64,000 bases of DNA from Candidatus Poribacteria bacterium (lineage in GTDB: Bacteria > Poribacteria > WGA-4E > WGA-3G). The notes below the pieces were generated by a model. The model saw only the letters and a list, made by a program, of their open reading frames with translations. It ran no database searches and was not told the origin of the DNA. The stretch's first letter is position 1, and the number at the start of each line of letters is the position of its first letter. A program made the position numbers and the translations under genes. The stretch lies in contig OZ244048.1 of NCBI GenBank assembly GCA_965215265.1, forward strand, positions 3,456,001 through 3,520,000, in the 5' to 3' direction. Below, piece after piece: positions 12,083 through 22,731 of this stretch.

Positions 12083-12150
12083 AGCATTCTCCTTAATCTG
12101 TAATCGCTGTCTATTTTAACAGATGCGAAGGAATTTTCGCAACTTTTTTC

Positions 12151-13119
12151 TTGCAAGCAAGACGGCTTTATGATAAATTTAAGGGAAACAGAAAGTGGAC
12201 GGATTCTATTATTGTGAAGGTTTTGATTAACATCGTGCACGGCATCATCGGTGCCGTTGTCATATCCGTTTTCTGCATCTGGCGGGTTGGTAGTTTCGGG
12301 GAAGCACGCCATACCATCAGCATCATCGGTGCTATTGTCATCGCAATTGCTGGGCTATATTTGCTCCGCAGCCGTTGGATTCGCTGGGGGAGTAGACAAC
12401 TCTGGCTGAAATACCATCAACGGTTTGCTTCGTTAGGGTTGTGCCTAGTGCTTGTTCACTCTGCATTTCAGCCGCTTATGTGGCACTCGTGGCTGACGTT
12501 TTTGCTCGCACTATTGAATTTGGGTACCGGTATCGCTGTCAGTTTCACGGTGCGTCGTACGCGGCAGTTATTGCTTCGGTGCCATCTTGTCCTTGCACCG
12601 ATTCTACTCATCAGTATTGTTTTCCATGGACAACAAAAATTGGAGCATGACGGATTCTTTCCGCTCACCGACGTGCACGATGTGCCTTGTGCGAGGTGTC
12701 ATACGTCTGGAGCCCTGCTATTCCATGTGGATGGGTTCCTTCAACAAGAATTAGATACGGCTAAAACCGTTCCGGATGATATCCATTGGCAGTTCTCACT
12801 ACAAGAGATTAATATTGAACAAACTGCCCAGCTCTCTGTGAAAACCGAGGGGCAAGCTTGGAAGGTTAAAGCAGGTGCCCGTGTCTATCATATAGGCGTG
12901 TTAGAAAACAGTGAGAAGCTCGGCGTTTATGCCGATTCTGCTTATCGCAGCTACACGTGCGTTGTGTGCCATGAGCATAATACGCCGGCGCTCCGCACAG
13001 CACACGAGTTACATGGAGTGGCTGAATTCCATAGATGCCTTGTCTGCCATCAGACTGAAATTGCTGGTAAAAAATACGGAAGACAGCGCGTCAATTGGGA
13101 CTATGACCCGAATTGGTGA
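12151..13119 (+). CDS. Membrane-anchored multiheme c-type cytochrome
   Basis: About five hydrophobic helices with His residues followed by three CxxCH motifs (CARCH, CVVCH, CLVCH); start codon uncertain. Confidence 0.75.
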   Translation: MQARRLYDKFKGNRKWTDSIIVKVLINIVHGIIGAVVISVFCIWRVGSFGEARHTISIIGAIVIAIAGLYLLRSRWIRWGSRQLWLKYHQRFASLGLCLVLVHSAFQPLMWHSWLTFLLALLNLGTGIAVSFTVRRTRQLLLRCHLVLAPILLISIVFHGQQKLEHDGFFPLTDVHDVPCARCHTSGALLFHVDGFLQQELDTAKTVPDDIHWQFSLQEINIEQTAQLSVKTEGQAWKVKAGARVYHIGVLENSEKLGVYADSAYRSYTCVVCHEHNTPALRTAHELHGVAEFHRCLVCHQTEIAGKKYGRQRVNWDYDPNW

Positions 13120-13138
13120 CGAACATATAGAAACTGAT

Positions 13139-14098
13139 TTAAGTTAACAAATGGTACAACTGTGGGACAGTGACCGAGAAATCGCCGGAAATATGGTAGC
13201 TCTCTCCTCCATCCTTGACGGTGCGGATGAGAATCGTTTTCTTAGGCCGGTGGTAGTAGTGTGCGTCGGTAGGATTACCCTCTTCTTGGAAATCCGGAAA
13301 ATCGATCAGGTCGAAGTTAGCGGTGGTGAAATGTCGGATTTCCTCGCCCCTCTGTGCAGCGATATTGCGTGCCATGGAGAGGCTTTTGAGGTAGACCTCG
13401 GGTCCCATGACAGCGGACCCTAAGTTTAGGAAAACGCCGCCTTCCAATTGTGAGATGCTGTGTGCGAATCTCAAGAAATCTACGCCCGTGGTCGAGCCCA
13501 TTGCGGCGTAATCGGCAGCAGGATGCTGGTCGATGATGTCATAGCCGATGCCTTTGTGAACGGTGAAGGGTATCCTGAACCTATATGCGGCGGCAAACAT
13601 GCTAACATCGCGGTACGGAAACGGGATGTTTTCTTCGCCCTCTTGAATTAAGCGTCCGACTGCTTCGCCGAAGCCGAGCTTGTCGCGATGTGCTCGCACA
13701 ATTGCTTCATTCAGATATCGGCCGGTTTCCTCCCAGTTGCCAAACTTTCCATCCCAAATGTACTGTTCTACATCTTCAAGGGTTGCGCCGATGTGGGCGA
13801 GTTCAAAATCGTGTATAGCGCATGCCCCGTTGGAAGCGATATGTGTAATTAACCCACGTTCCATCAAATCTATGATAAACCGCGAGTTGCCGCAGCGCAT
13901 CACATGCGCGCCCATCATCCAGATGACTGGCTTAGCACGGCGAGAGGCTGCCATAATCCGATCGGCAACAACAGAAAGCCGGTCATTCTGATACGGCGGG
14001 ATTTCGGCATTCAGTGGATAGACATCTGCCACGCTCATTTTATGCTTGCGTTCGGAGAGAGGTAGGATTTTTAAGTGATTGCGGTTAAGGTAGTGCAT
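13139..14098 (-). CDS. Conserved hypothetical protein, deoxyhypusine-synthase-like fold
   Basis: MGAHV...DLMERG.ITHIA.NGA.AIHDFE and GGVFLNLGSAVMGPEVYLK resemble the DHS-like bacterial family. Confidence 0.6.
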   Translation of the reverse strand: MHYLNRNHLKILPLSERKHKMSVADVYPLNAEIPPYQNDRLSVVADRIMAASRRAKPVIWMMGAHVMRCGNSRFIIDLMERGLITHIASNGACAIHDFELAHIGATLEDVEQYIWDGKFGNWEETGRYLNEAIVRAHRDKLGFGEAVGRLIQEGEENIPFPYRDVSMFAAAYRFRIPFTVHKGIGYDIIDQHPAADYAAMGSTTGVDFLRFAHSISQLEGGVFLNLGSAVMGPEVYLKSLSMARNIAAQRGEEIRHFTTANFDLIDFPDFQEEGNPTDAHYYHRPKKTILIRTVKDGGESYHISGDFSVTVPQLYHLLT

Positions 14099-14461
14099 AA
14101 TCTATTATCCGTTTTTCAAGGCTGGATTGGCGTATCAGTTTGGAGGTGTCGTGGACTTTACTTTTTTTAATCGGGTTGAACGGGAGTGGCCCAGTGCAGC
14201 CCGGGCGGCACGCCTGAAACTCACAATTGCCGGTCACTTAGCAGCATTAAGGCAGAAACCACGCGTTCTCACATCGCAACGGTTCGCGGAGGAGAAGCGG
14301 TTACGGATGACCAAAGGAGTAGATAGAAAACCGCAGCTGTAAATTTCAGCCCTATCCGTTGACTAAAAAAACAAGTTAGGATTATGGGTTTAGATAATCA
14401 AAAAACTTACCTAAGCGCAGTGGGATATCGAAACTCCTAATTACGCTGCGTGATGGTAAGC

Positions 14462-17400
14462 CTATTCAGCAAACTTCGCTGAGACAATCTTTGACATCCC
14501 TGCTTGTTCCATCGTCACGCCGTACATGATGTCGGCGATTTCCATAGTGCGTCGGTTGTGCGTGATAATGACAAACTGTGTATTCTCTGCATAAGTTCGG
14601 ATGAGATTGGTGAATCTTAGGACATTTGCCTCGTCAAGTGCTGCATCCACTTCGTCAAGTACACAGAAGGGGCTCGGCTTGATTTTGAAGACAGCAAATA
14701 GGAGCCCGATTGCGACAAGTGAACGTTCGCCGCCTGAAAGTTGTGTGATGCTCTGGGGGCGTTTGCCGGGTGGACGTGCAATAATCTCAATACCAGATTC
14801 AAGGACATCGGATGCGTCAGTTAACAACAACTCGGTTTCGCCGCCCCCGAAGAGTTGTGCGAACACCTCTTGGAAGTTAGTTTGGACCTGTTCAAACGTT
14901 TTCAGGAATACGTCCCTTGAGGTCTGGTTAATTTTCCGGATCGCCTGATAGGTAGCTTGGATAGACTGCTCCACATCGGTGCGTTGCGCGACAAGGAAAT
15001 CGTACCGCTCCTTATGCTCTGCGTGTGCCTCAATGGCCTTTAGGTTGACAGCCCCCATCGCCTCTAATTCCGCCTTCAACTTTTCAGTCGTATCCATCAA
15101 ATAGGCCTCTGTAATTTCTTCAATCGATTGATGTTGGAGCCGGGCATGCTCAGTTATCGTCACCTGATATTTATCAAAGGTCTGTGTTGAGATAGACTTG
15201 ATTTGCATCTCAAGTTGGGTGGTGGTTACTTCGAGTTGATGTCGTTTGCGGTTCTGCTTATCAAACTGTCTTCGGAGTGTGCGTGTCTGCTTCTGCTGGT
15301 GGGTTATTTGTTCGATGAGGGTTTGGCGTTCTTCAGTTAGTTCCTCAAGTTCAGCTTCCGATTCAGCGCGATTTCCTTCGGTGCGTAGGAATTGGCGCTG
15401 TGCTTCTGCAATTTGTTCTCCGAGATCGAATTTTGTTTGTTCGTCGTCATCTATAATAGTTTGTTGTGCTTTGATGTTCTCCGCGGTTTGTCGTTGTGTT
15501 TCCTCAATTGTGCTTAATTCGGATTTCAAACTTTCCAATTTCTGCCGTTGTCCTGCGAGGAAGATCTCCATCTTTTGACAGCCGTCTGCGACTTCTTCCC
15601 GTTTTCGGTTTTCACTGTGAATCTGCTCGTTCATCCGTTGGACGCGTCGTTGGTTCTGGGTCCGTTTTTTCTCAAGTTCAGTAATTTCATCAGCGAGTTC
15701 TTGTTGTTGTTGGCGAGATAGCTCTACGGCTTGGTGGAGATTCTTATTTTCCATCTCCACTTCAGCGAGTTGGCGTTTTAGGCGTGTGACGAGAAGATTC
15801 GCTTGTTCCAGTTCTTTGGTTAAAGCAGCTTTCTCGACTCTTTTATTTTGCCATTGTGCCGTAAGTTTCTGCCGGGTCTGTTGCAATTCGGCCAATTTAG
15901 CGGCATATTTTTTTCGAGCATCATCCTTTTCAGCAACCGTCCGCGTCAACTTCCGAATTTTATTTTCAAGTCCTTCAAGTTCGCGTGAACGTGTGAGCAA
16001 TCCACTCTTCTTTTGGCTGGTCTGTCCGCCGGTGATAGCCCCGGAGGTATTAATGACTTCACCATCAAGTGTAACTAAGCGTGCCGTAGGACGGAACCGG
16101 CGTGTCAGTGCGACGGCTGCATCCAGTTCTTCGGTGATGAGCGTATTGCCGAGGAGATGCTGAATAGCGATTTCATACTTGCTGTTGTAATCAACGAGTT
16201 CTTCTGCGATGCCGATGACTCCCGGTTCGTATAAAAGTGTATCGTCGGAAAAGGTTCGTCCGCGCAAGATGTCGAGGGGGAGGAATGTGACTCTACCTGC
16301 CCGGTGCTTCTTGAGGAAGGCAATGGCACTTTCAGCATCTTCAGCGGTTTCTGTGATAACATTCTGTATGGCACTGCCGAGGGCGACCTCTATAGCGGTT
16401 TCGTAGTCTGTATCCGTGCTGATTAATTCCGCCACGATGCCACAAATTCCGTGAAATTGTGCTGGGTAGTGGTGCTTTGCCTGCATAATTGCACGAACAC
16501 CAGTGTAATATCCTTCATAGGCGGATTGCAATTCCTGCAAGGATTTGAGTCGTGAGACATTCATGCCTAACGTTTCTTGTAATCCGCGCATTTCGGATTC
16601 GGCTTTTCGGAGTTTTTCTTGGTTCTCGTTCAGGGCGGCTTCGGTTTGATTTTTGTGTGTCTCAATCTGAAGGAGTTCCGCCTTCAATTGCGTCTCAGCG
16701 TGTTGTGCTGCTGCGTAGGTGTCAGTTACGGTTTTTAGTTCTGCGTTGACAGCATCAGCATTCTCAGAGATGCGGTTAAGGTTGCTCTCTGTGTTTTTCA
16801 GGCTGTGTTCGATAGATAATCGTCTGCTTTCATGCTGTGTCAAACTGGTTGTGATGTCTTGGAGAAGAGTTTCCGTCTCCTCGACAATCTGCCTCGCGCT
16901 TCTGGTACGTGAGGCTAAGTCGTTTAAAAGTTGTTGTCTTCCTGTTAAGCGGTTCTCTTCAACCTTGATAGAGGCTGCGAGTTTGCTATATTCTTGCGTC
17001 TGTTCCTTTTTGCGTGTTAAAAGGTTAGCTTGCTGTCTGTTTAAAGATTCAAGGGTTTCAAGGGCGCGCTGCCGTTGTTGTTGGATGTTCAATTGGCGTT
17101 CTTTGTGGAGGATTATCTGACGTTCAATTTTCTCAATTTGCGCTGATATCTCTTGCAGTGTCTGGGTTGCAGCAGTGATGGCGGTATCAAGTTCGGCCCG
17201 GCGGCTGGTGGCGTGCTCAATCCGTTCTTCACCCGCTTGTAGCTGCTGATTTGCCGCCTCTAGTTGGAAGATTACCGTGTCTAAGTCGGACTGGGTTTCG
17301 CGATACTCTGTTGCCAGTTTTTCGTACTCACGGCAAGCGAGACTTAGTTCTAATTGCTGTAATTCTTGTTGAAGTTTTTGATAGTGTTCGGCTTGTTCAG

Positions 17401-18025
17401 CTTGTGCTTTGAGAGATTCCGTTTCGTGCTGTAATTCCTGAATGACATCATTGATACGAACCAGGTTCTGTTCGGTCTCTTCCAATTTACGGATGGCAGT
17501 CTTCTTGCGGTGCTTATACTTGGTGATGCCAGCGACTTCGTCAAACAGGAAGCGCCGTTCTTCCGGCCGCACGTTAAGGATGAGATCTATTTTGCTCTGT
17601 TCCATGACGGAGTAAGCGTCAACGCCAACGCCGGTGTCCATAAAGAGCTCGGTGATATCACGTAACCTGCACGGTGTTTGATTAATAAGGTAGCTGCTTT
17701 CTCCGTTGCGAGTGAGTTGTCGAGACACTTCTACATGGGGCACCGCGAATTTAAGATTCTGGGCTATATTTGAAAAGGCGAGTGAGACGCTTGCTTTTTG
17801 CGCAGGTTTGAACTGAGCACCGCCGTTGAAAAGGAGCTCGCGCATATTAGCGCATCGAAGTGCACGGGCACTCTGTTGTCCTAACACCCAGCGAATTGCA
17901 TCAGAGACATTGCTTTTACCGCAGCCATTAGGCCCGACAATCGTCGTGATACCCGGTTCCAATATCAATTCAACCTCTTCGGCGAAACTCTTGAATCCGC
18001 TAATTTTGATGCTATTTAAGTGCAA
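14462..18025 (-). CDS. smc: Chromosome segregation protein SMC
   Basis: GFKSF, GPNGCGKSN, long coiled coils, hinge (GRVTFLPL, GAITGG), LSGGE, LDEVDAALD; TTG start at 18025 after AAAGGAGA. Confidence 0.98.
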   Translation of the reverse strand: MHLNSIKISGFKSFAEEVELILEPGITTIVGPNGCGKSNVSDAIRWVLGQQSARALRCANMRELLFNGGAQFKPAQKASVSLAFSNIAQNLKFAVPHVEVSRQLTRNGESSYLINQTPCRLRDITELFMDTGVGVDAYSVMEQSKIDLILNVRPEERRFLFDEVAGITKYKHRKKTAIRKLEETEQNLVRINDVIQELQHETESLKAQAEQAEHYQKLQQELQQLELSLACREYEKLATEYRETQSDLDTVIFQLEAANQQLQAGEERIEHATSRRAELDTAITAATQTLQEISAQIEKIERQIILHKERQLNIQQQRQRALETLESLNRQQANLLTRKKEQTQEYSKLAASIKVEENRLTGRQQLLNDLASRTRSARQIVEETETLLQDITTSLTQHESRRLSIEHSLKNTESNLNRISENADAVNAELKTVTDTYAAAQHAETQLKAELLQIETHKNQTEAALNENQEKLRKAESEMRGLQETLGMNVSRLKSLQELQSAYEGYYTGVRAIMQAKHHYPAQFHGICGIVAELISTDTDYETAIEVALGSAIQNVITETAEDAESAIAFLKKHRAGRVTFLPLDILRGRTFSDDTLLYEPGVIGIAEELVDYNSKYEIAIQHLLGNTLITEELDAAVALTRRFRPTARLVTLDGEVINTSGAITGGQTSQKKSGLLTRSRELEGLENKIRKLTRTVAEKDDARKKYAAKLAELQQTRQKLTAQWQNKRVEKAALTKELEQANLLVTRLKRQLAEVEMENKNLHQAVELSRQQQQELADEITELEKKRTQNQRRVQRMNEQIHSENRKREEVADGCQKMEIFLAGQRQKLESLKSELSTIEETQRQTAENIKAQQTIIDDDEQTKFDLGEQIAEAQRQFLRTEGNRAESEAELEELTEERQTLIEQITHQQKQTRTLRRQFDKQNRKRHQLEVTTTQLEMQIKSISTQTFDKYQVTITEHARLQHQSIEEITEAYLMDTTEKLKAELEAMGAVNLKAIEAHAEHKERYDFLVAQRTDVEQSIQATYQAIRKINQTSRDVFLKTFEQVQTNFQEVFAQLFGGGETELLLTDASDVLESGIEIIARPPGKRPQSITQLSGGERSLVAIGLLFAVFKIKPSPFCVLDEVDAALDEANVLRFTNLIRTYAENTQFVIITHNRRTMEIADIMYGVTMEQAGMSKIVSAKFAE

Positions 18026-18536
18026 AGGGAAATCTCCTTTCAATTCTTTCTTTCGTCTACTGCAGCCCAATAAAGGCGTTTGTTATGTAAAAACCTGTAA
18101 AAATCTCGTCGGAGGGTTCTGATGTTTAGATTCAAAACATGTCCGCAAGAAGCCTAAACGGATGCTCAAATTTTAGTTCATACAGTTTTCTAGGGAATGA
18201 ATCCTATTGCTTATTACGTTAAGTAAAGGTGTCTCGTTTCAAATTCTTATTTTTTGTTATCTGAAAGCGATAAAGCGAGATGAACGTCAAACTTCTCGCC
18301 TCCATTTCCCCAGAGGCTTTTTGAACGATTCCTTGAACAGAAGCTTACACGGACACCGTTTAGCTGATCCGGTTGGAGTCTTTATCAATATCGCTTAGCG
18401 GTTCAGATATTCGCCATCACGGTTTTTCGTATATCTCCGTACCGTCAACGTTTATGTCGTGAGTACTCGTGTGTAAATCTCATCGGAGATGACTTAGGTA
18501 TAGTCGCTTTTTAGAGATATGTTATGGATTCTGATG

Positions 18537-19328
18537 CTATGACGTTTTAGCAGCTGCTGTGCGTGCCAACGTGAGCACGTCAATTTCGGCCGGATCTGCG
18601 CGCCATAGTACCTTTACTGCCTCCTGAACAGTTGCACCGGTGGTAAAAACATCGTCAACGAGCAGGAGCTGTTTTCCACGCACGCTTTCTACCTTACGAA
18701 GTGCAAAAGCTTCGCTGATATTTTCTTGTCGTGCTTTTCTACCACTAAGGTTGCTCTGCTGCTGTGTATCTTTATCTCGAATGAGGGTATCTGTTACAAC
18801 CGGCACGTTTGTTGTGTTTGCAATTCCTTTAGCGAGGAGTGTAGCTTGATTGAATCCGCGTTCGCGCAGTCTATTTTTATGTATCGGTATCGGTATGATA
18901 ACGTCATAGTCCTCGATTCGGCAGTCAGTCGGAAGATTGGCTGTCATGAGTTGAATCAGCGGTTTTGCCAGTGCCGTTCTCTTTTCAAACTTAAAAAGGT
19001 GTATTGCCTGACGGAGTGTCCCTTGATAAAAAGCGATCGTCCGAAGTTTTCCGTATCGTGGAGGCTTACGTGCACATTCATCGCAGGTATTCGCTTGAGA
19101 TGATGCATGCGGGTGTTTGTCAGAATAGAGTGGTACACCACAGATGTCACAGCAAGGTGGTTGGAGCAATTGAATATCGTGCCAGCATGCATCACATAAG
19201 TACGGAATTGACTCAAGCCCGATGAATTTTTCGCAACCCCGGCATTGTGCTGGATAGAGGAACGTAATGAACGTTTCAACGGTATGTCGAAAAATATTCA
19301 GAGACTTTAACTGAGGCAGCTGCTTCAT
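18537..19328 (-). CDS. comF: ComF family protein (zinc ribbon + phosphoribosyltransferase)
   Basis: CxxC repeats, RERGFNQA, LLVDDVFTTGAT; start MKQLP at 19328. Confidence 0.9.
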   Translation of the reverse strand: MKQLPQLKSLNIFRHTVETFITFLYPAQCRGCEKFIGLESIPYLCDACWHDIQLLQPPCCDICGVPLYSDKHPHASSQANTCDECARKPPRYGKLRTIAFYQGTLRQAIHLFKFEKRTALAKPLIQLMTANLPTDCRIEDYDVIIPIPIHKNRLRERGFNQATLLAKGIANTTNVPVVTDTLIRDKDTQQQSNLSGRKARQENISEAFALRKVESVRGKQLLLVDDVFTTGATVQEAVKVLWRADPAEIDVLTLARTAAAKTS

Positions 19329-19356
19329 AATGAAAATCTCATATAGGTATTGGTGT

Positions 19357-20325
19357 TTACAGTTGGATTCTGCCCTTGATTGCCTGTTCAGCTGCGAGGC
19401 TGATGCGGATTGCCTCAAGCGCGACCTCAGCGTCTTCCAGACAAGGCTGCTGATGCGCTGCATTCCGGATTTCAGAGAACCAGAGCTCTTGCAGAGTTGG
19501 TTGCGGCGAGTTAAGGATACGGATAGTTTCGATGCCTGAAGGCGTTGAACAGTGCCATGCATCTCCGTCGTTGCTGAGTGTGCCGCCCGTGAGAACATAT
19601 CTAATATGTTGTTCAGCGGCATTAATCGGTATACCGCCTGCCCAGGTCCACTGTCCAATGCCCCCGCGCTTGAATTCCACAGTGAGCGTGTTGACGAAAC
19701 TGCGGTATTGGCCGCTTTCGGTTAATCCTTCGTAGGCAGCACTACTTTCTACCGACGTAGCGCAGCCAAAGCAATCAACGATAGGATAGATATGGTAAAT
19801 AAAGAAGTGCACGGGCATTCCGGAAACGTGTAGATTAAATAAAATCTCAGGTCGAGCGCCGCGCCCGGGGGTTAACCTCACAAAAGAGGTGAGCTGCAAT
19901 GTACCGAGCTCACTTATTTTCTGCTTAAGTGCTTTATGGGTATTAGAGACGACTTCCGGGTGTGAAACGCGTAGTACACGTTTCCGTGCTTTCGCGAGTT
20001 CCAGTGCTGCTTCGCCTTCACGGATATCGCTGGCGAGCGGATATTCTACAAAGACATGTTTATCGGCTTTCAACGCAGCAAGGGCAATTGCGCCGTGGCT
20101 GTCGTTATGTGTGCATATCACTACCGCCTTTATATCGTTACGTTCAACCAATTGTGTCCACTCAGGAATAAACGTTGCGGTACATTGAGCAGCAAGCTGC
20201 CGTCCAGTTTGTTGGTTTCTGGAAGCTATCGCCACCACCTCTGCGGTTTCCATTGACGCAAACTGTTCCAGATGATGGCGTGCCATACCTCCAGAGCCGA
20301 TAATTCCGACTTTAATGTGGTTCAT
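19357..20325 (-). CDS. Gfo/Idh/MocA family oxidoreductase
   Basis: IKVGIIGSGG, HVFVEYP (variant of EKP). Confidence 0.88.
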   Translation of the reverse strand: MNHIKVGIIGSGGMARHHLEQFASMETAEVVAIASRNQQTGRQLAAQCTATFIPEWTQLVERNDIKAVVICTHNDSHGAIALAALKADKHVFVEYPLASDIREGEAALELAKARKRVLRVSHPEVVSNTHKALKQKISELGTLQLTSFVRLTPGRGARPEILFNLHVSGMPVHFFIYHIYPIVDCFGCATSVESSAAYEGLTESGQYRSFVNTLTVEFKRGGIGQWTWAGGIPINAAEQHIRYVLTGGTLSNDGDAWHCSTPSGIETIRILNSPQPTLQELWFSEIRNAAHQQPCLEDAEVALEAIRISLAAEQAIKGRIQL

Positions 20326-20423
20326 ACTTCCTTAATATGGGCTTACAAGCTTCGCCCTAAAATGTGTTTTCTTATGTGTAGCACTGTAACCGATTGCATA
20401 CAGCGGTATCACCTACAATTCAA

Positions 20424-21638
20424 TTATGCCCAGCCTTGGCTTTCGCCTCCGATACGTGCGCTGCTAATTTTTTCGTAATAGCCGCTTTTGCGATAGGCTT
20501 TCAAAGGATTGGGTTCACGTCCCATCTCCAGTCGAACTTGTTCTAACAGAGGATTGACATCGGTCTCATAAGCCTGCTGGAGGATGCTCTCTGCTTCAAC
20601 CAGGTCTGCCCGGTCCTGTGCATCTACGAGTGCGTCCCGGTCAATAAGTAGTGCTTTGGCGTAAGCTTTTTGCAAGTTGCAAACGGATTGGATGCTCGCC
20701 TCGACCTTTGGTTTTAGGTTGTGACTCTGATCAATCATGTAGGCGATATCGGTTTCAGTATCCGGATCGAGTTCGGCTGCGACAAGTTCTGTGTAAATGA
20801 GGAAAAGCTCCTGAGGATTGATTGAGCCGACCGTCAGATCATCATCTGCGTATTTTCTACAGTTGAAATGAAAACCGCCGAGTTTGCGTTCATCAATCAG
20901 ATATGCGACAATAAACTCAATATTGGTACCTTGTGGATGATGTCCTAAATCTACCAGCACCTGTGCTTTAGGTCCGAGTTTAGTGGCCATGAGGTAGGCT
21001 GTGCCCCAATCAGCTAAATCGGTGTGATAGAAAGCCGGTTCAAAGAATTTATATTCGATCAGCATCCGTGTGGCTTCAGGCAGCGCGTCGTAAACTTCGC
21101 TGAGTGCTGCTTCCATCCACTGTTTGCGTTTTCTAAAATTGGCTTGGCCTGGGAAGTTGGTGCCGTCAGCAAACCACAAGCTGAGCAAATTCGATCCGGT
21201 TTTCTGCATGATGTCAACACACTCTAATATATGTTCTATTGCGAGTCTGCGGATTTTGTTGCTCGGGTTACAAATACTTCCGAGTTTATACATCTGATCT
21301 TGAAAGACGTTGGGGTTAATAGCGCCGATACCAATGCCGACATCGGCTGCATATTGTCTCAATGCTGCCCAATCATCTGTCTTATCCCATGGGATGTGGA
21401 GTGCGACGGTAGGTGCAATTCCGGTAAATCGGTGAACAGTAGCAGCGTCTTCCAACCGTTCTGCAGCATTTCGTGCCGCGCCGGGCTGCTCAAACACGCC
21501 AAATCGGGTACCGGAATTCCCGTACCCCCAAGAGGGTGTTTCAATATGTTGCTGTTTCAGATGTGCTTTGACGACTTCAATCTGAATTCCCTGTTTCTCT
21601 AACGTTTCAGCTAATAAGTTATATGCCAGACTGCTCAT
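20424..21638 (-). CDS. rhaI: L-rhamnose isomerase (RhaI type)
   Basis: [54 protein letters not shown]. Confidence 0.92.
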   Translation of the reverse strand: MSSLAYNLLAETLEKQGIQIEVVKAHLKQQHIETPSWGYGNSGTRFGVFEQPGAARNAAERLEDAATVHRFTGIAPTVALHIPWDKTDDWAALRQYAADVGIGIGAINPNVFQDQMYKLGSICNPSNKIRRLAIEHILECVDIMQKTGSNLLSLWFADGTNFPGQANFRKRKQWMEAALSEVYDALPEATRMLIEYKFFEPAFYHTDLADWGTAYLMATKLGPKAQVLVDLGHHPQGTNIEFIVAYLIDERKLGGFHFNCRKYADDDLTVGSINPQELFLIYTELVAAELDPDTETDIAYMIDQSHNLKPKVEASIQSVCNLQKAYAKALLIDRDALVDAQDRADLVEAESILQQAYETDVNPLLEQVRLEMGREPNPLKAYRKSGYYEKISSARIGGESQGWA

Positions 21639-21770
21639 GCGGCTCCTCCGATTAATTGATTTCTTGAATATAGCGTGCGGCTTGCAAGCGTCTCGTATAT
21701 TATTATACTACATGTTTATGTTTTTTTCCATAGAAGAAATTTAAGGGCTTTCGTCAGTTCAAAAAGAACC

Positions 21771-21799
21771 TTGACACGTTTTGGGACGACTGTTATGCT
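21771..21799 (+). promoter_or_regulatory. Sigma70-type promoter
   Basis: TTGACA (21771-21776), 17 nt spacer, TATGCT preceded by TGn. Confidence 0.65.
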
Positions 21800-21835
21800 T
21801 AAGGAAAACAGTGTGTTAAATGAACGGAGGATCCC

Positions 21836-22714
21836 ATGCTGAATATTGGAATTTTCGCACCGTATCGGACGGACCATGAACGGAACATCGCGTTCTGCAA
21901 CGATACAGGTGTCCATCACATTGTTCACAGTGCCACTGCGGTAGCTCAACAAGCTTCGGATGGTATCCCATCGGTCTCTGAATTGAAGCAGTTGGTGAGG
22001 CAATATGCCGATGGTGATGTAGCGATTCGTGCGTTGACTCCATCCCGGATCAGCCAATCAGCGTTTTTAGATAGAGATATCCGGGTGAAGGAGTTAACTC
22101 TCCTCAAACGAACGATGTCGGCGATGGGCGAAAGTGGTATCCCTTTCCTTCATCTCTATCTCAACGTAGATGCTATTGAAGGCGGTCCCTCGGAACGTGC
22201 GCGACTCTGGGACGGTTTAATTTCAGTCTATCACGAACTCGCTGAGATTGCTGAAGAGACGGGTGTACTCGTTTCGACACACCACTATCACCTTCCGAAT
22301 AGATTATTGTGGAACTATGAAACGATGAGTGCGCTTTTAAGTGCGGTTCAAAGTGACATGCACGGTGTTACTTACTGCCAAGGTAAATCTCAAATGGCAG
22401 GGGATACGCTTGCGGAGGATATTCTGAATTATGGCGACAAGATTTTCATGTTTCACATTCGGGATGTGGTAACCTGCACGCCGAGCGGCGCGGATGCCAT
22501 CGTCCGACAACGACTTCAGGATATCGGATACCTTGAGGTGCCCTTCGGAACCGGTGAAGTTGACATGGTAGGCTCAATTCGGGCGTTGAAACAGATTAAT
22601 TATCACGGTGAAATTTACCCAGAGCATTTTCCAGCGATTGCCGGGGATTCTGTCGCCGGGCTCGCTTGGACTATTGGGTATATTCGTGCGTTAGACCTGG
22701 CAGTGGAACCTTAA
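21836..22714 (+). CDS. Xylose-isomerase-like TIM-barrel protein, mannonate dehydratase (UxuA)-like
   Basis: KIFMFHIRDV, GTGEVDM...L..INYHG.IYPEH, AWTIGYIRAL. Confidence 0.7.
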   Translation: MLNIGIFAPYRTDHERNIAFCNDTGVHHIVHSATAVAQQASDGIPSVSELKQLVRQYADGDVAIRALTPSRISQSAFLDRDIRVKELTLLKRTMSAMGESGIPFLHLYLNVDAIEGGPSERARLWDGLISVYHELAEIAEETGVLVSTHHYHLPNRLLWNYETMSALLSAVQSDMHGVTYCQGKSQMAGDTLAEDILNYGDKIFMFHIRDVVTCTPSGADAIVRQRLQDIGYLEVPFGTGEVDMVGSIRALKQINYHGEIYPEHFPAIAGDSVAGLAWTIGYIRALDLAVEP

Positions 22715-22731
22715 CAGGAGGATATTTCGCA

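Noticed and set aside
14127-14342. 71-aa plus-strand ORF
   Set aside because: TTG start, no clear RBS and no recognisable motif
14106-14360. Possible MITE bounded by the 8-bp direct repeat tatccgtt (14106-14113, 14353-14360)
   Set aside because: Inverted ends are short and not flush; one 8-mer repeat in this span can arise by chance; no second copy seen
18071-18536. Long intergenic region upstream of smc with small hairpins and a 63-aa ORF
   Set aside because: No recognisable RNA family or coding signal; treated as a promoter region
19329-19658. N-terminal extension of comF in the ORF track
   Set aside because: Overlaps the upstream oxidoreductase; ComF similarity starts near 19328
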